Assembly (NCBI GenBank): GCA_963662665.2
Contig: CAXXJS010000031.1
Coordinates: 80,583-144,582 of the forward strand
Origin: Candidatus Latescibacterota bacterium
Lineage (GTDB): Bacteria; Latescibacterota; UBA2968; GCA-2709665
Length of the DNA: 64,000 bases
Direction: 5' to 3'
Each line of letters begins with the position of its first letter. The stretch's first letter is position 1. This document shows positions 1 through 9,481 of the stretch, one piece after another. The translations under genes were made by a program, and so were the position numbers. Below the pieces are notes generated by a model. It was not told where the DNA came from. It was given only the letters and a program-made list of their open reading frames with translations, and made no database searches.

Positions 1-550
1 TCGCGCAATTGGAAATCGTAACCGGCAGCCCGAACGTGAGATGGTACGCCCGGACCGCCAGGTCGGCCGCCGCCTTGGATGCATTGTACGGCGTACGCGG
101 CTGATAGGGGTCATCCTCGGAAAAGCTCGCTTCCGAATCCAGCGGCAGGTCCCCGTAGACCTCGCAGGTTGAGATATGGTGTACCCTGGGCACGCCGGCA
201 TCGTGCGCAGCCTGCAGGAGACGCTGAGTCCCAAGCACGTTGGTCTCGAAGAAGACGTCGGGATTGACCACCGCGCGGCTGTTGTGCGACTCGGCGGCGA
301 AGTTCACGACATAATCCGGCCGGTGCCGTTCGAAGAGACCTCGAACCAACTCAAAGTCGCCGATATCACCTTGAACAAACTCGTACCTGCCGGCACAGGT
401 TGCGACCACGTCGGCCAGGTTCTCCGGATTACCCGCATACGTGAGCAGATCGTAGTTGATTACGCTGTCGTCCGGGTATCTGGACAGCCAGTACCGGACA
501 AAGTTCGATCCGATGAACCCCGCTCCTCCCGTCACGAATATCCCGCCCAT
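1..550 (-). CDS. rfbB: dTDP-glucose 4,6-dehydratase (RmlB/RfbB), runs off the window edge
   Basis: Not in the ORF track; translated by hand from ATG 550: MGGIFVTGGAGFIGSNFV..YDLLTYAGNPENL..VVNFAAESHN..HHISTCEVYGDLPL..PYNASKAAAD. Has the Rossmann GxxGxxG and the YxxxK motif. Confidence 0.88.
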   Translation of the reverse strand, partial: MGGIFVTGGAGFIGSNFVRYWLSRYPDDSVINYDLLTYAGNPENLADVVATCAGRYEFVQGDIGDFELVRGLFERHRPDYVVNFAAESHNSRAVVNPDVFFETNVLGTQRLLQAAHDAGVPRVHHISTCEVYGDLPLDSEASFSEDDPYQPRTPYNASKAAADLAVRAYHLTFGLPVTISNCA

Positions 551-559
551 AGTGGTCCC

Positions 560-1537
560 CTATAAAAACAAAAACCCCGTTGACGCCAGGTAAGCTCCGT
601 AAATCGCGAGCAGCACGAATCCCTCGATCCGGGTCAGACGGTGGCCCGTGCGCATCATGAAAAGCATCGCAAAAACGATCACCAGCATCGCTGGAAATGA
701 AAAGTGGATTACTTTTTGCGTCACCACGAGTGGATTGACCACGGCGGATGCACCGGCGATCCAGCAGATATTCAGGATATCGGCGCCCAGGATATTCCCG
801 ACCACGATCTCACCGTGTCCTCTCCTGGCGGCCGTCACCCCGGTTGCGATCTCCGGCAAGGACGTGCCGATGGCAATCACCGTAAGCGCAATCACCGCTT
901 CGCTGACGTCCAATGCCTTGGCGATGACCACGGCGGATTCCACGATAAAATGACTGGATATCAGTACCCCGACCAGTCCAACGCAGAACCAGAGCATCAA
1001 TGTCCCGAGAGCTCGTCCCTCAATGGAAGCCTCGATCTCCTTCAGTTCCTCCATCCGATTCCCCTCGGCCTCGGATGAACGACGGCGTGTCACGTAGGTA
1101 AAGACCGTGTATGCCACGAAGAGGAGGAGCAGTACGCCGCCCTCGATCCGATCCAGCGTGCCGTCGAACGCCATCGCGTAAGCCGCCAGATCCACGACAA
1201 TCAGAAAGATCCCTGTCGTCCGCAGCAGGTATGGGTTGATGAGGATCGGGGTGCCCACCACAAGCACACCCAGCGCCAGAGCGACGCCGTCGTCCACAAT
1301 CACCGACCCGATGGCATTGCCCAGCGCCATTTCCGGATGCCCTTCGAGAGCGGCCAGTACGGATACGGCCAGTTCCGGCGAGGTTGTCGCCAGGCTCACC
1401 AGTACGATACCGATCAGCATTTTCGGCACGTTCAGGTATTCGGCAATCCCAACAGCACCGTCCACAAACCACGAAGCGCACTTCGCAAACACCACGAAAC
1501 ACAACGCCAGAACGCCTACCGCAACCGGTATACCCAT
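560..1537 (-). CDS. calcium/sodium antiporter (YrbG/CaCA family)
   Basis: Two alpha-repeats (SLATTSPELAVS..GNAIGS; AIGTSLPEIAT..GNILGADILN) and about 10 TM segments. ATG 1537 chosen; the track starts at 1546. Confidence 0.9.
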   Translation of the reverse strand: MGIPVAVGVLALCFVVFAKCASWFVDGAVGIAEYLNVPKMLIGIVLVSLATTSPELAVSVLAALEGHPEMALGNAIGSVIVDDGVALALGVLVVGTPILINPYLLRTTGIFLIVVDLAAYAMAFDGTLDRIEGGVLLLLFVAYTVFTYVTRRRSSEAEGNRMEELKEIEASIEGRALGTLMLWFCVGLVGVLISSHFIVESAVVIAKALDVSEAVIALTVIAIGTSLPEIATGVTAARRGHGEIVVGNILGADILNICWIAGASAVVNPLVVTQKVIHFSFPAMLVIVFAMLFMMRTGHRLTRIEGFVLLAIYGAYLASTGFLFL

Positions 1538-1624
1538 AAACAACAAGCCTTTGTCAATTCACGTAGCAACTGGACAACGATCCCGTACGGCAGCGTGTCG
1601 GGCCTGACTTCCGAACCCCCCGGC

Positions 1625-3946
1625 TCATCGGCCGGCGACACGCGCCACCCAGATGCTGAATTCGTAGAGCAGCACCAGCGGCAGCGCCATCATCAGCTGG
1701 GAGATCGGATCGGGCGGCGTGAGCAGAGCCGCCAGAACAAAACCGATCACCACCGCATAACGCCGGCCCCACCGCATCCGGTCTGCGGTCAACAGACCGA
1801 TCCGGCTCAGGAAAAAGGCAGCCACCGGAAGTTCGAAGACAACGCCGAAGGCCACCAGCAGTCTCAGAACAAAGCCGGTGTAGTAACCGATATCGAACTG
1901 GGGGTCTACGCCGGTCCCTTCGCCAATCAGGATGAGGAACCGAAACGACAGGGGCACCACGCTGAAATAAGCAAGGGCCCCGCCCAGGACAAAACAGACC
2001 GACGATGAAAAAACAATAAAAGATACGTACCGCCGCTCGGTTGTCAACAGACCCGGAGCGACGAAGATCCACAATTGATACAGGAGAAACGGCAACGCCA
2101 GGATCGCACCGCCTACCAGGGCAATCTGGAATTTGACGAGAAACATCCCCATCGGCTTCAGATAAATAAGCTTGACCGGCGGCTCAACGGGGGCTACGCC
2201 CAACAGCTTCAGGAAGGGGGTCGCTTCCCGCACCGGCAGGACGAGCCACCCCAGAATCGCGTCCGAAAAAATCCCGCAGATGATGGCTCCAACCGTGAGA
2301 GCCGCCAGACCCTTCAATAAGCGCCAGCGGAGTTCCTCCAGGTGATCCAGAAAGGGCATCGCTTTGTCTTCGGCGCCCGAGGACGGTTCAGGCGCGTGTT
2401 CTGCAGACGTGCCGGAGTCGGGGGGCAGAATGGAATGGTCTGCATCCGCCGGGTGCCGGAGGAAGGCCATCGCCACCAGAATCGCGCCCGCAATCAGGCA
2501 CAACTGTGAGAACAGATCCCCGTACCTGGTATAAAACGTCCTTGCGCTCCGTGGCGACACCCCCTTCGTCAACACGGCCGGATGGAATATTCCCGTTGTT
2601 CCCGACTTCCTTCCGTATGGGTCGATGAACGTGGACACACCCGTATTCGCGCAGCGCACCACGGCACGCCGGTTCTCAATGGCGCGAAACACCGCCGACT
2701 CGGCATGCTGATAGGGTCCGGAAGTACGACCGAACCAGCCGTCATTGGTAATGACGACCAGAAACTCTGCGCCCCGGTCCACAAATGACCGGACAAATCC
2801 CGGAAAGACCGAATCGTAGCAGATCAGTGCGGAGAACCGGGCCTCGGGGCCGCTGAATACCGTCCGCGCCTCGCCGGAATCCCAGTTACCCCCCACGAAC
2901 CCGCCGCCCGTGAACCTGATCTTCCGCAGAAAAGGCAGCAACTCCGGGAAGGGCGCCCGTTCGCCGAACGGCACCAGGCGAGTTTTATCGTAGAATCCCG
3001 TGATCCCTTTCCGGGGCACAAACAGAAACGAGGAGTTGTATACCTTTACCGGGTCGCCGGTAACAAGCCGGTACGCGCCCGTATAGAGGTAGATGTCCAG
3101 CGAGTCCACCATCGCCTGCACGCGTTCTCGATGGTGCCTGTACAATTCCCCTTTCATATAGCCGACCGCCGTCTCGGGCCACACCACAAGCTTCGCCCCC
3201 TGCATCGCGGCTTCAACGGTCATTGGCTTCAACTTACCGAAATTGTAATCGAATCCCCGGTATTCCTTGGCAACAGGCGGCATATCCGGCTGGACCACAC
3301 CTACAGGCACGGCCCGGTCGTCCGGATCGTGTTTCAGCGTAAAATACCCGTTTGCCGCCGGTCCCGCAAAGAGGGCCGCCAGCCCGGCGGCCCATGTCCA
3401 GCGGCGCGCTTCGTACCGCCAAAGCATCAGTATGCTCAGATTGACCACCACAATCCAGAATGATACGCCATATACCCCCGTCACGTCCGCATACTGGATC
3501 AGCCACAGATAGCCCGTCTGCGAGTTTCCAAGAACCACCCACGGAAAACCCATATCTCCCAATGAATTGAAATACTCCAACCCGACCCACAGAAAGGGAG
3601 CGCTCCACATGCCCGCGGCGCCGAACCGCCCCACGACGCGGGAATACGTCCACAAGAACAGCCCGCGGAACAGGGACATGTAAAAAACCGCACCGGCCAT
3701 GCCGGGCGGCGTGATCCAGCCGATCCAGTAAAGTGTCGTTCCGTAGAAGAATAACCCCTGAATGAATCCCGCGCCAAAGGCCGCACGGCCGCGAAGGCGT
3801 TCCGCCGAAATCAGCAGCGGGATCAGCGCAATGTAAGACAGGAATCCCAGGGGCAGGGGTGGAAATGCGGCGCCCAGGACAAGGCCCGAAACCGCCGGAA
3901 ACACAACCATCCATTTCCAGTCTGTGCCCTGCCGTAACTCCGTCAT
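1625..3946 (-). CDS. lnt-tatC: apolipoprotein N-acyltransferase (Lnt) fused to twin-arginine translocase subunit TatC
   Basis: One 773-aa ORF. Lnt triad motifs VWPETA, YDKTRLVPFGE, LICYDSVFP, plus ITNDGWFG and RCANTGVS. From 2359 onward, TatC motifs MPFLDHLEELRWRL, YQLWIFVAPGL, FGVVFELP, LTPPDPISQ. Confidence 0.9.
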   Translation of the reverse strand: MTELRQGTDWKWMVVFPAVSGLVLGAAFPPLPLGFLSYIALIPLLISAERLRGRAAFGAGFIQGLFFYGTTLYWIGWITPPGMAGAVFYMSLFRGLFLWTYSRVVGRFGAAGMWSAPFLWVGLEYFNSLGDMGFPWVVLGNSQTGYLWLIQYADVTGVYGVSFWIVVVNLSILMLWRYEARRWTWAAGLAALFAGPAANGYFTLKHDPDDRAVPVGVVQPDMPPVAKEYRGFDYNFGKLKPMTVEAAMQGAKLVVWPETAVGYMKGELYRHHRERVQAMVDSLDIYLYTGAYRLVTGDPVKVYNSSFLFVPRKGITGFYDKTRLVPFGERAPFPELLPFLRKIRFTGGGFVGGNWDSGEARTVFSGPEARFSALICYDSVFPGFVRSFVDRGAEFLVVITNDGWFGRTSGPYQHAESAVFRAIENRRAVVRCANTGVSTFIDPYGRKSGTTGIFHPAVLTKGVSPRSARTFYTRYGDLFSQLCLIAGAILVAMAFLRHPADADHSILPPDSGTSAEHAPEPSSGAEDKAMPFLDHLEELRWRLLKGLAALTVGAIICGIFSDAILGWLVLPVREATPFLKLLGVAPVEPPVKLIYLKPMGMFLVKFQIALVGGAILALPFLLYQLWIFVAPGLLTTERRYVSFIVFSSSVCFVLGGALAYFSVVPLSFRFLILIGEGTGVDPQFDIGYYTGFVLRLLVAFGVVFELPVAAFFLSRIGLLTADRMRWGRRYAVVIGFVLAALLTPPDPISQLMMALPLVLLYEFSIWVARVAGR

Positions 3947-4090
3947 TATTCAGGCACCTCCAAACCCCTCTGCAGGATCCTGTCCGGCCGCGCCGCTGCG
4001 CTTCAGCGTGGGGACAGAAAAACCGGTTGGGCGCAAGCAGTGAGTCCCGCCAACCGGTCTGGTTGAACCCCACCCCGGAAACCGGCTTAG

Positions 4091-4118
4091 AATATAAAAG
4101 AATGAACCTTTTTGTCAA
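4091..4118 (-). promoter_or_regulatory. sigma70-type promoter for lnt-tatC
   Basis: TTGACA (4118-4113), 16-nt spacer, TATATT (4096-4091). Confidence 0.55.
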
Positions 4119-4143
4119 ACCGGTACCACTCCGCCTCACGCGC

Positions 4144-4172
4144 TTGACAAGCCATCTGGAATACGATAATTT
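4144..4172 (+). promoter_or_regulatory. sigma70-type promoter for the bioF-like gene
   Basis: TTGACA 4144-4149, 17-nt spacer, TAATTT 4167-4172; divergent from the lnt-tatC promoter. Confidence 0.5.
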
Positions 4173-4223
4173 TCGTCCACCCTTCGCCTTACCTCAACCG
4201 CAATCACTCATAGTATCCTGACA

Positions 4224-5387
4224 ATGCTTCCCCAACTCGCCACGGAACTGGACAATCTGAAATCACGCGGACTGTACCGCAGCCTCCATCTGCTGGAGGG
4301 CGCGCAGGGCCCCAGAGTCCGCATTAACGGAAGAGAGCGTCTACTCTTCTGCTCCAACAACTATCTCGGGCTTGCAAGCCACCCCGATCTTAAAGAAGAA
4401 GCCGGCTCCGCGCTACGCACATACGGCCTCAGCGCGGCGGCCTCGAGGCTGATTTCAGGCAACATGGAAACGCATCGGAGGCTTGAACACCGGATGGCCG
4501 GCTTCCTGGGAACCGAGGCGGCTCTGTGTTTTCCCACGGGCTACATGGCGAACCTGGGCGCGGTAAGCGCACTTGTGGGCGAAGCCGATGCGATTTTCAG
4601 CGACCATCTGAACCATCGCAGCATCATCGACGCCTGCCGGCTTTCCCGTGCAAAGACCTTTGTCTATCGCCATAGGGACGTCGACCATCTGGAAAACCTG
4701 CTCAGGGCCCAGGTCGACTTCCGGCGACGCCTGATCGTCACCGACGGGTTGTTCAGCATGGACGGCGACCTTGCCCCCCTGTCCGACCTCGCGGACGCCG
4801 CAAACCGGTACAACGCCATACTGATGGTTGACGATGCGCACGGGACCGCAGTCCTCGGCGATTCCGGGCGGGGCACCCACGAACACTTCGGCGTTACGAA
4901 GGGCATCGACGTTCTGACAACCTCCGGCAGCAAGGGGATGGGCGCCTTCGGCGGGTTTGTTGCCGGAACAACGGAACTCGTTGACCTGCTGATCAATCGA
5001 GCCGCTGCCTTTATTTACACCTCGGCACTGCCACCCGATGCCTGCGCGGCAGCCACGGCCGCTTTGCGTCTCATCCAAACCCGGCCGGGTCTGCGAGACA
5101 ACCTGTGGCGAAACGTCCATACCGTTCAAACCGCCCTGAAAGACCTTGACTTCGATCTGATGGGCTCCCAATCCCAGATCATTCCCGTCCTGATCGGCGA
5201 CGCAAAGCGCACGATGGCGATTTCGGACCATCTGTTCGATGAAGGGATCTACCTGAGCGGCATCCGGCCGCCAACCGTACCGGAAGGCCGGAGCCGCCTG
5301 CGCCTCACGCTCATGGCCAACCACAGCGACGAGGATATCACTCGTCTCATTCAAGCGATGGCAGATGTCCGCACGGCATTCTTTTAA
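4224..5387 (+). CDS. bioF: 8-amino-7-oxononanoate synthase (alpha-oxoamine synthase family)
   Basis: FCSNNYLGLA, FPTGYMANLG, DHLNHRSIIDAC, TDGLFSMDGD, VDDAHG, PLP Lys in SGSKGMG, IRPPTVPEG. Confidence 0.85.
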   Translation: MLPQLATELDNLKSRGLYRSLHLLEGAQGPRVRINGRERLLFCSNNYLGLASHPDLKEEAGSALRTYGLSAAASRLISGNMETHRRLEHRMAGFLGTEAALCFPTGYMANLGAVSALVGEADAIFSDHLNHRSIIDACRLSRAKTFVYRHRDVDHLENLLRAQVDFRRRLIVTDGLFSMDGDLAPLSDLADAANRYNAILMVDDAHGTAVLGDSGRGTHEHFGVTKGIDVLTTSGSKGMGAFGGFVAGTTELVDLLINRAAAFIYTSALPPDACAAATAALRLIQTRPGLRDNLWRNVHTVQTALKDLDFDLMGSQSQIIPVLIGDAKRTMAISDHLFDEGIYLSGIRPPTVPEGRSRLRLTLMANHSDEDITRLIQAMADVRTAFF

Positions 5388-6579
5388 AATTATCGCCGGT
5401 TTTTTCGCGCTGCACGTCTTTCAGGCGCCCGTGCACACGGCGACCCTGAACGGCACGGTAAGGGACAGCGCGACCCGCGCGCCGTTACCTTTCGCCACGG
5501 TCATTCTGCCGGAACTCAGGCGCGGGGACCTGACGGACCTCTATGGCCGCTTCACGGTTTCCGACCTTCCCGCGGCCCCCATCCGCGTCCAGGTATCATA
5601 CGTCGGCTATCGGACGGCACTGCGGAAGATTGTCGTTCCCAACGTCGCAATACACCCGCCGGACATCCTGCTTTCCCCGTCTCCAATGACCCTGAAGTCC
5701 CACGTGGACCTGCCGCGTCCCACCCTCACGGTTCTGATTGGAAAAATCGGTCGGAAACGCCGCGAAAACGTGTTCCACACGCGATACTCAAACCTCCGGA
5801 CGCACGGATTCGCATTGGTAGGCACTCAGACCCTTTACGCCGGCGCCCACGCCGGTGCTCGCATCCTGGCACGGATCGACTACGACGGCCGGGGATATTA
5901 CAGGAACCCGGGGGAGGTCGCCCAGATCATAACGGCGTACCGGTCCCGCAACGCGCCGGCGCAGCAATTCGGCATGCATCCAGGCGTCATCGTAAATATC
6001 CGCAGCGGCCGCCTCAACGGCCGCGATTTCGACGTGGGTCCTCTGCCGCTGGAGGGGGACGCCAGTAGGGATTACCGCTATCGTCTGGTCAGTACCGTAC
6101 AGATGGGGGACGTGGCCGTACACAAGATTCACGTCGAACCAGGAAAAAAGAGACGCCCCGGACTTGAGGGCGCCATCTGGATTTCCGCAACCGACTTCTC
6201 GCTCGTGGGCTACGACCTCGTATTGAACAGGAAGGGCCGAGAGTCACTCGGCATCAAGGAACTCCGCACCTACCAGGAAAACGCCCTGTATTACGACCGC
6301 TACTGGCTGCCGGTTTTGCAAACCGTGCGCATTACGACCGACTCCGGCGCCCTGGCCGAACAGACCACGCGTATCGGCGGATATACGCTGAACCCCGCGC
6401 TTCACGACTCCCTGTTCAGCGCGGGCCCGTTTTCCATGCAACCGGATGCGACCCGGCTCGGCGCCGCCTATTGGAAAGCACGCGACGACAGCCTGCAGAC
6501 CGCGAGGCGAAGTGCAGTGCTGAAGCTGCTCGAAACCAACGCCGTTCCGCACGGGTGGAAACGGCTCTTGAATCAGTAG
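5365..6579 (+). CDS. secreted protein with carboxypeptidase-like regulatory domain (DUF5686-like N-terminal half)
   Basis: Signal-like N-terminus; LNGTVRDSATRAPLPFATV..TDLYGRF..VSYVGY; later YRYRL..HKIHVEP..EGAIWI..YWLP. Confidence 0.6.
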   Translation: MSARHSFKIIAGFFALHVFQAPVHTATLNGTVRDSATRAPLPFATVILPELRRGDLTDLYGRFTVSDLPAAPIRVQVSYVGYRTALRKIVVPNVAIHPPDILLSPSPMTLKSHVDLPRPTLTVLIGKIGRKRRENVFHTRYSNLRTHGFALVGTQTLYAGAHAGARILARIDYDGRGYYRNPGEVAQIITAYRSRNAPAQQFGMHPGVIVNIRSGRLNGRDFDVGPLPLEGDASRDYRYRLVSTVQMGDVAVHKIHVEPGKKRRPGLEGAIWISATDFSLVGYDLVLNRKGRESLGIKELRTYQENALYYDRYWLPVLQTVRITTDSGALAEQTTRIGGYTLNPALHDSLFSAGPFSMQPDATRLGAAYWKARDDSLQTARRSAVLKLLETNAVPHGWKRLLNQ

Positions 6580-6710
6580 GGGAGTCTGCCGGATCAACAG
6601 CGCGCGCCAGGAATGCCCGGCATGCACGTTGACTCAATCCCGGTCAGAACACTCGAAGCAAGGGGCATGCCGGCCCGAGAAAGGTGAGATGTTCGAACAA
6701 GGAGAACCCG

Positions 6711-7472
6711 ATGCACCCACAAACGGCTGTCCCTGAAACGCTCAATCGCATTCGCATTGTACTGGCGGGCACAAAAGAGCCCGGGAACATCGGCTCGGTG
6801 GCGCGCGCCATGAAGAATATGGGCCTCTCACGTCTCTACCTTGTGGACCCTCCGGACCATACGTGCGGCGACGCAAGAAAAATGGCGCACGGATCGGGAG
6901 AAGTGCTCTACGGCGCGACGGTATGCGAATCGCTTGAAGAAGCCCTGGCCGGCACGGTCCTTTCGATCGGGACGACCCACCGGACGCGGGAGCATCTGGA
7001 CATCATGTACGGACCGCGCCACGTGGCGGAAAAGCTGGTTTCCCTGCCCGAAGACAACGAAGCCGCCCTGGTATTCGGCCGGGAAGAAAACGGCCTCACC
7101 AACGATGAAATGCGGCTCTGCAGCCTGATCGCCAATATCCCCACGGCCCACAGGTATCCCTCGCTGAACCTTTCCCAGGCCGTCCTCATCTTTGGCTATG
7201 AGCTCTTCCGCGCGGCAGCCACGCCTCGCGAAGTGCCGGAGCTCGACCTGGCGACTTTTGAAGAGATGGAGTCCCTCTACGCCCACGTCGGATCCGCGCT
7301 GGACAAGCTGGGCTTTCCCGCCGACTATATGCCCAAGGCCTTCCCGCGGTCCATCCGGCGCCTCTTCGGGCGCCTGTCCATGGATCGCCGAGACGTTGCC
7401 ACCATGCACAGGATCTTCCGTCAGATCGACAAATTCGTCGCCGTACATAAATCAGACGCGGAATCAGGCTGA
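6711..7472 (+). CDS. trmJ: TrmJ/LasT family SPOUT RNA methyltransferase
   Basis: IRIVL..PGNIGSVARAMKNMGL, ALVFGREENGLTNDE, YPSLNLSQAV. GGAG RBS before ATG 6711. Confidence 0.88.
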   Translation: MHPQTAVPETLNRIRIVLAGTKEPGNIGSVARAMKNMGLSRLYLVDPPDHTCGDARKMAHGSGEVLYGATVCESLEEALAGTVLSIGTTHRTREHLDIMYGPRHVAEKLVSLPEDNEAALVFGREENGLTNDEMRLCSLIANIPTAHRYPSLNLSQAVLIFGYELFRAAATPREVPELDLATFEEMESLYAHVGSALDKLGFPADYMPKAFPRSIRRLFGRLSMDRRDVATMHRIFRQIDKFVAVHKSDAESG

Positions 7473-7624
7473 TCCCGCGCCCCATACGCGCACCGCGCGT
7501 GCTTCATGTCCCAGTCAGGGTCTTCCGTGTCGAACGACGCGTGTCCCGTGGCGATGCCATCCTCGAGAATCCGGCGCACCGTCTCCCAGTTATCCGGTGT
7601 CATCGGCGTGACGATCGGATTCAT
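7421..7624 (-). pseudogene. N-terminal remnant of a phosphinothricin-type GNAT acetyltransferase
   Basis: MNPIVTPMTPDNWETVRRILEDGIATGHASFDTEDPDWD resembles the Pat/YncA N-terminus; the frame then runs into the trmJ 3' end with no GNAT core. Confidence 0.55.
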
Positions 7625-7649
7625 CGGCGTGCTTCCTGTCACGTGAGAA

Positions 7650-8525
7650 TCAAAGGCGGTCGGGGAAGTATCTGAAGAGATGCGTCTGCCATTGCGACAG
7701 GGGGCTCCGGCCGGTCCGTTCGTATAACGCCAGGGAGTCCCGCGCATTCATGGCCTGAGAGCGTCGTAACGGATTGCAGAATTCGAATTCCAGGCCGCCC
7801 CTGGATTCTTCTCTTGCGTACACCTTCAAACAGTTCAGAAGGTCGGGTCGCCGGAGATCGAATGGGACGCACGCGCTTCTCGCCAGGATTCCCTCGTGGA
7901 AGAACCCGGGGACGTCGCGCTCCAGCCCTGCAATCCTCCGTCTGCCGTACTGATACGAAATGCTCAGGAAGACCCGGCCGCCGTCGCGAAGATACTTCCT
8001 GGCGCCGCGAAGCACAGCCCGCCGGTATCCGAATCCGTCATCGTCTTCGCTCGCGTCCGGGTTGGCGATGAGGAAATCCGCACGCCCGCTGAGCGACTCG
8101 AACGAACGCATGTCGCCATCCGCGAACGGTGTGTATGAGTCCGACTGCATGAACGCTACTTTTTCTTCGACGCCGTTCAACCTGGCGTTACGCCGGGCTA
8201 CGGATACGTTTGTTTCGTCGATTTCCAACCCGACAACCCGGTCAACACCGGGTGCGCGCGCGGCCATGACGGACAGGCAGCCTCCGCCGCTTCCCCAGTC
8301 AATGCCGATTCCCTCGAGCAGGTGTTTGTGGCCGCCGATCGCTTCAATGGAGATCATGCTGGCCGGTGTGATTGGCGTGGTACCCGGTGGATGCAGGAGC
8401 CGGATTTCGCCAAGTCCGTGTGTCAGGTCATCTCCCAGCGTCGTCTCATTGCCTTCTTGTAGTGAAACGTCGCCAATACTGGAAGCAGTTCGTTCTTCTC
8501 TCCTGCGATCCGCCATCGCCTTCAT
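7650..8525 (-). CDS. SAM-dependent methyltransferase (HemK/MTS-like)
   Basis: Motif I GIDWGSGGGC, VGLEID..VARRNARLNG, DFLIANP. Confidence 0.75.
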   Translation of the reverse strand: MKAMADRRREERTASSIGDVSLQEGNETTLGDDLTHGLGEIRLLHPPGTTPITPASMISIEAIGGHKHLLEGIGIDWGSGGGCLSVMAARAPGVDRVVGLEIDETNVSVARRNARLNGVEEKVAFMQSDSYTPFADGDMRSFESLSGRADFLIANPDASEDDDGFGYRRAVLRGARKYLRDGGRVFLSISYQYGRRRIAGLERDVPGFFHEGILARSACVPFDLRRPDLLNCLKVYAREESRGGLEFEFCNPLRRSQAMNARDSLALYERTGRSPLSQWQTHLFRYFPDRL

Positions 8526-8563
8526 CCCCGTTCGTATTGTGTGGGTGTTTATACGCGTGATAT

Positions 8564-8947
8564 CTATCCGCAGGTACCGTCGTTTCTGCGGTGGATGCAG
8601 AGCAGGTTACCCCATGGATCCTTGATCCAGGCCATCCGGCAGCTTCCGCTATCGGCCGGCTCCATCACGATTTCAACGTCCATACGGCGGAGTTCGTTCA
8701 CCGCCTCGTCCACGTCGTCCACCGCGAACGCGATCCCCGGTCGTCCCGCTTCCTCGTCCCACCGGACCAGCGCCAGGCTGACGGGACGGGTATCGAACTC
8801 CGTCCACGTGTCCCGGCTTCCGTCGCCCTTGATCCCTCCGTCGTCGATGAAGTCCTGATCGAGCCCCAGCACATTCCGGTAGAAATGAACCGCCTCCCTC
8901 GTATCGGTCACGTGGGAAATCACGAAGTCGATCGCTTTCACTTTCAC
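8564..8947 (-). CDS. VOC/glyoxalase family protein
   Basis: IDFVISHVTD..AVHFYRNVLGL, IAFAVDDVDEAV, WIKDPWGNLL. Confidence 0.88.
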   Translation of the reverse strand: MKVKAIDFVISHVTDTREAVHFYRNVLGLDQDFIDDGGIKGDGSRDTWTEFDTRPVSLALVRWDEEAGRPGIAFAVDDVDEAVNELRRMDVEIVMEPADSGSCRMAWIKDPWGNLLCIHRRNDGTCG

Positions 8948-8998
8948 GCGTCATACCCTCCTCCCGAAACGTCGCGTCTGGCGGCGGTCCGGCATTCC

Positions 8999-9481
8999 TC
9001 AATCCTTCAGTTGCTTCTCCATCACGATCACATCACGCACGAGTCCGCACGGAAGCCTCTCCGGCGGCCGGTCTACTTGTGTATATCCGTTGGCGCGGTA
9101 GAAGCGGGGCGCCGCGACGTTGTATTCCGTATAACACAACCGTGCGGTGTGATGTCCCGCGAGCTGAATCTCCTCCTCGGCCACCTTCAATAGCAGGCTT
9201 CCGATTCCCCGCCTCTGGAAGGACGGATGGACCCAGAGATCGGCGACTTCGTGACCGTCGGTGCTTGTTAGTCCAAGGATTCGTGACTGGATTGTTGCCA
9301 CCGTGACCTTCGGCCAGATTTCCGGGAATCGCTTGCTCTCGGAATCCGCTTCCATCCAATCCCGCACAACCTCCATCGGCGCCAGTTCGCAGTTTCCCGA
9401 AAGCCAGGACCGCTGCGCCAGGTCGGCGAGCGCCGGTACATCCGCCTCAACCGCGCGGCGGGTCTTGAATTCGAGTTTCAT
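8999..9481 (-). CDS. GNAT N-acetyltransferase
   Basis: LWVHPSFQRRGIGSLLL, NVAAPRFYRANGY. ATG 9481 overlaps the upstream TGA (ATGA coupling). Confidence 0.85.
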   Translation of the reverse strand: MKLEFKTRRAVEADVPALADLAQRSWLSGNCELAPMEVVRDWMEADSESKRFPEIWPKVTVATIQSRILGLTSTDGHEVADLWVHPSFQRRGIGSLLLKVAEEEIQLAGHHTARLCYTEYNVAAPRFYRANGYTQVDRPPERLPCGLVRDVIVMEKQLKD

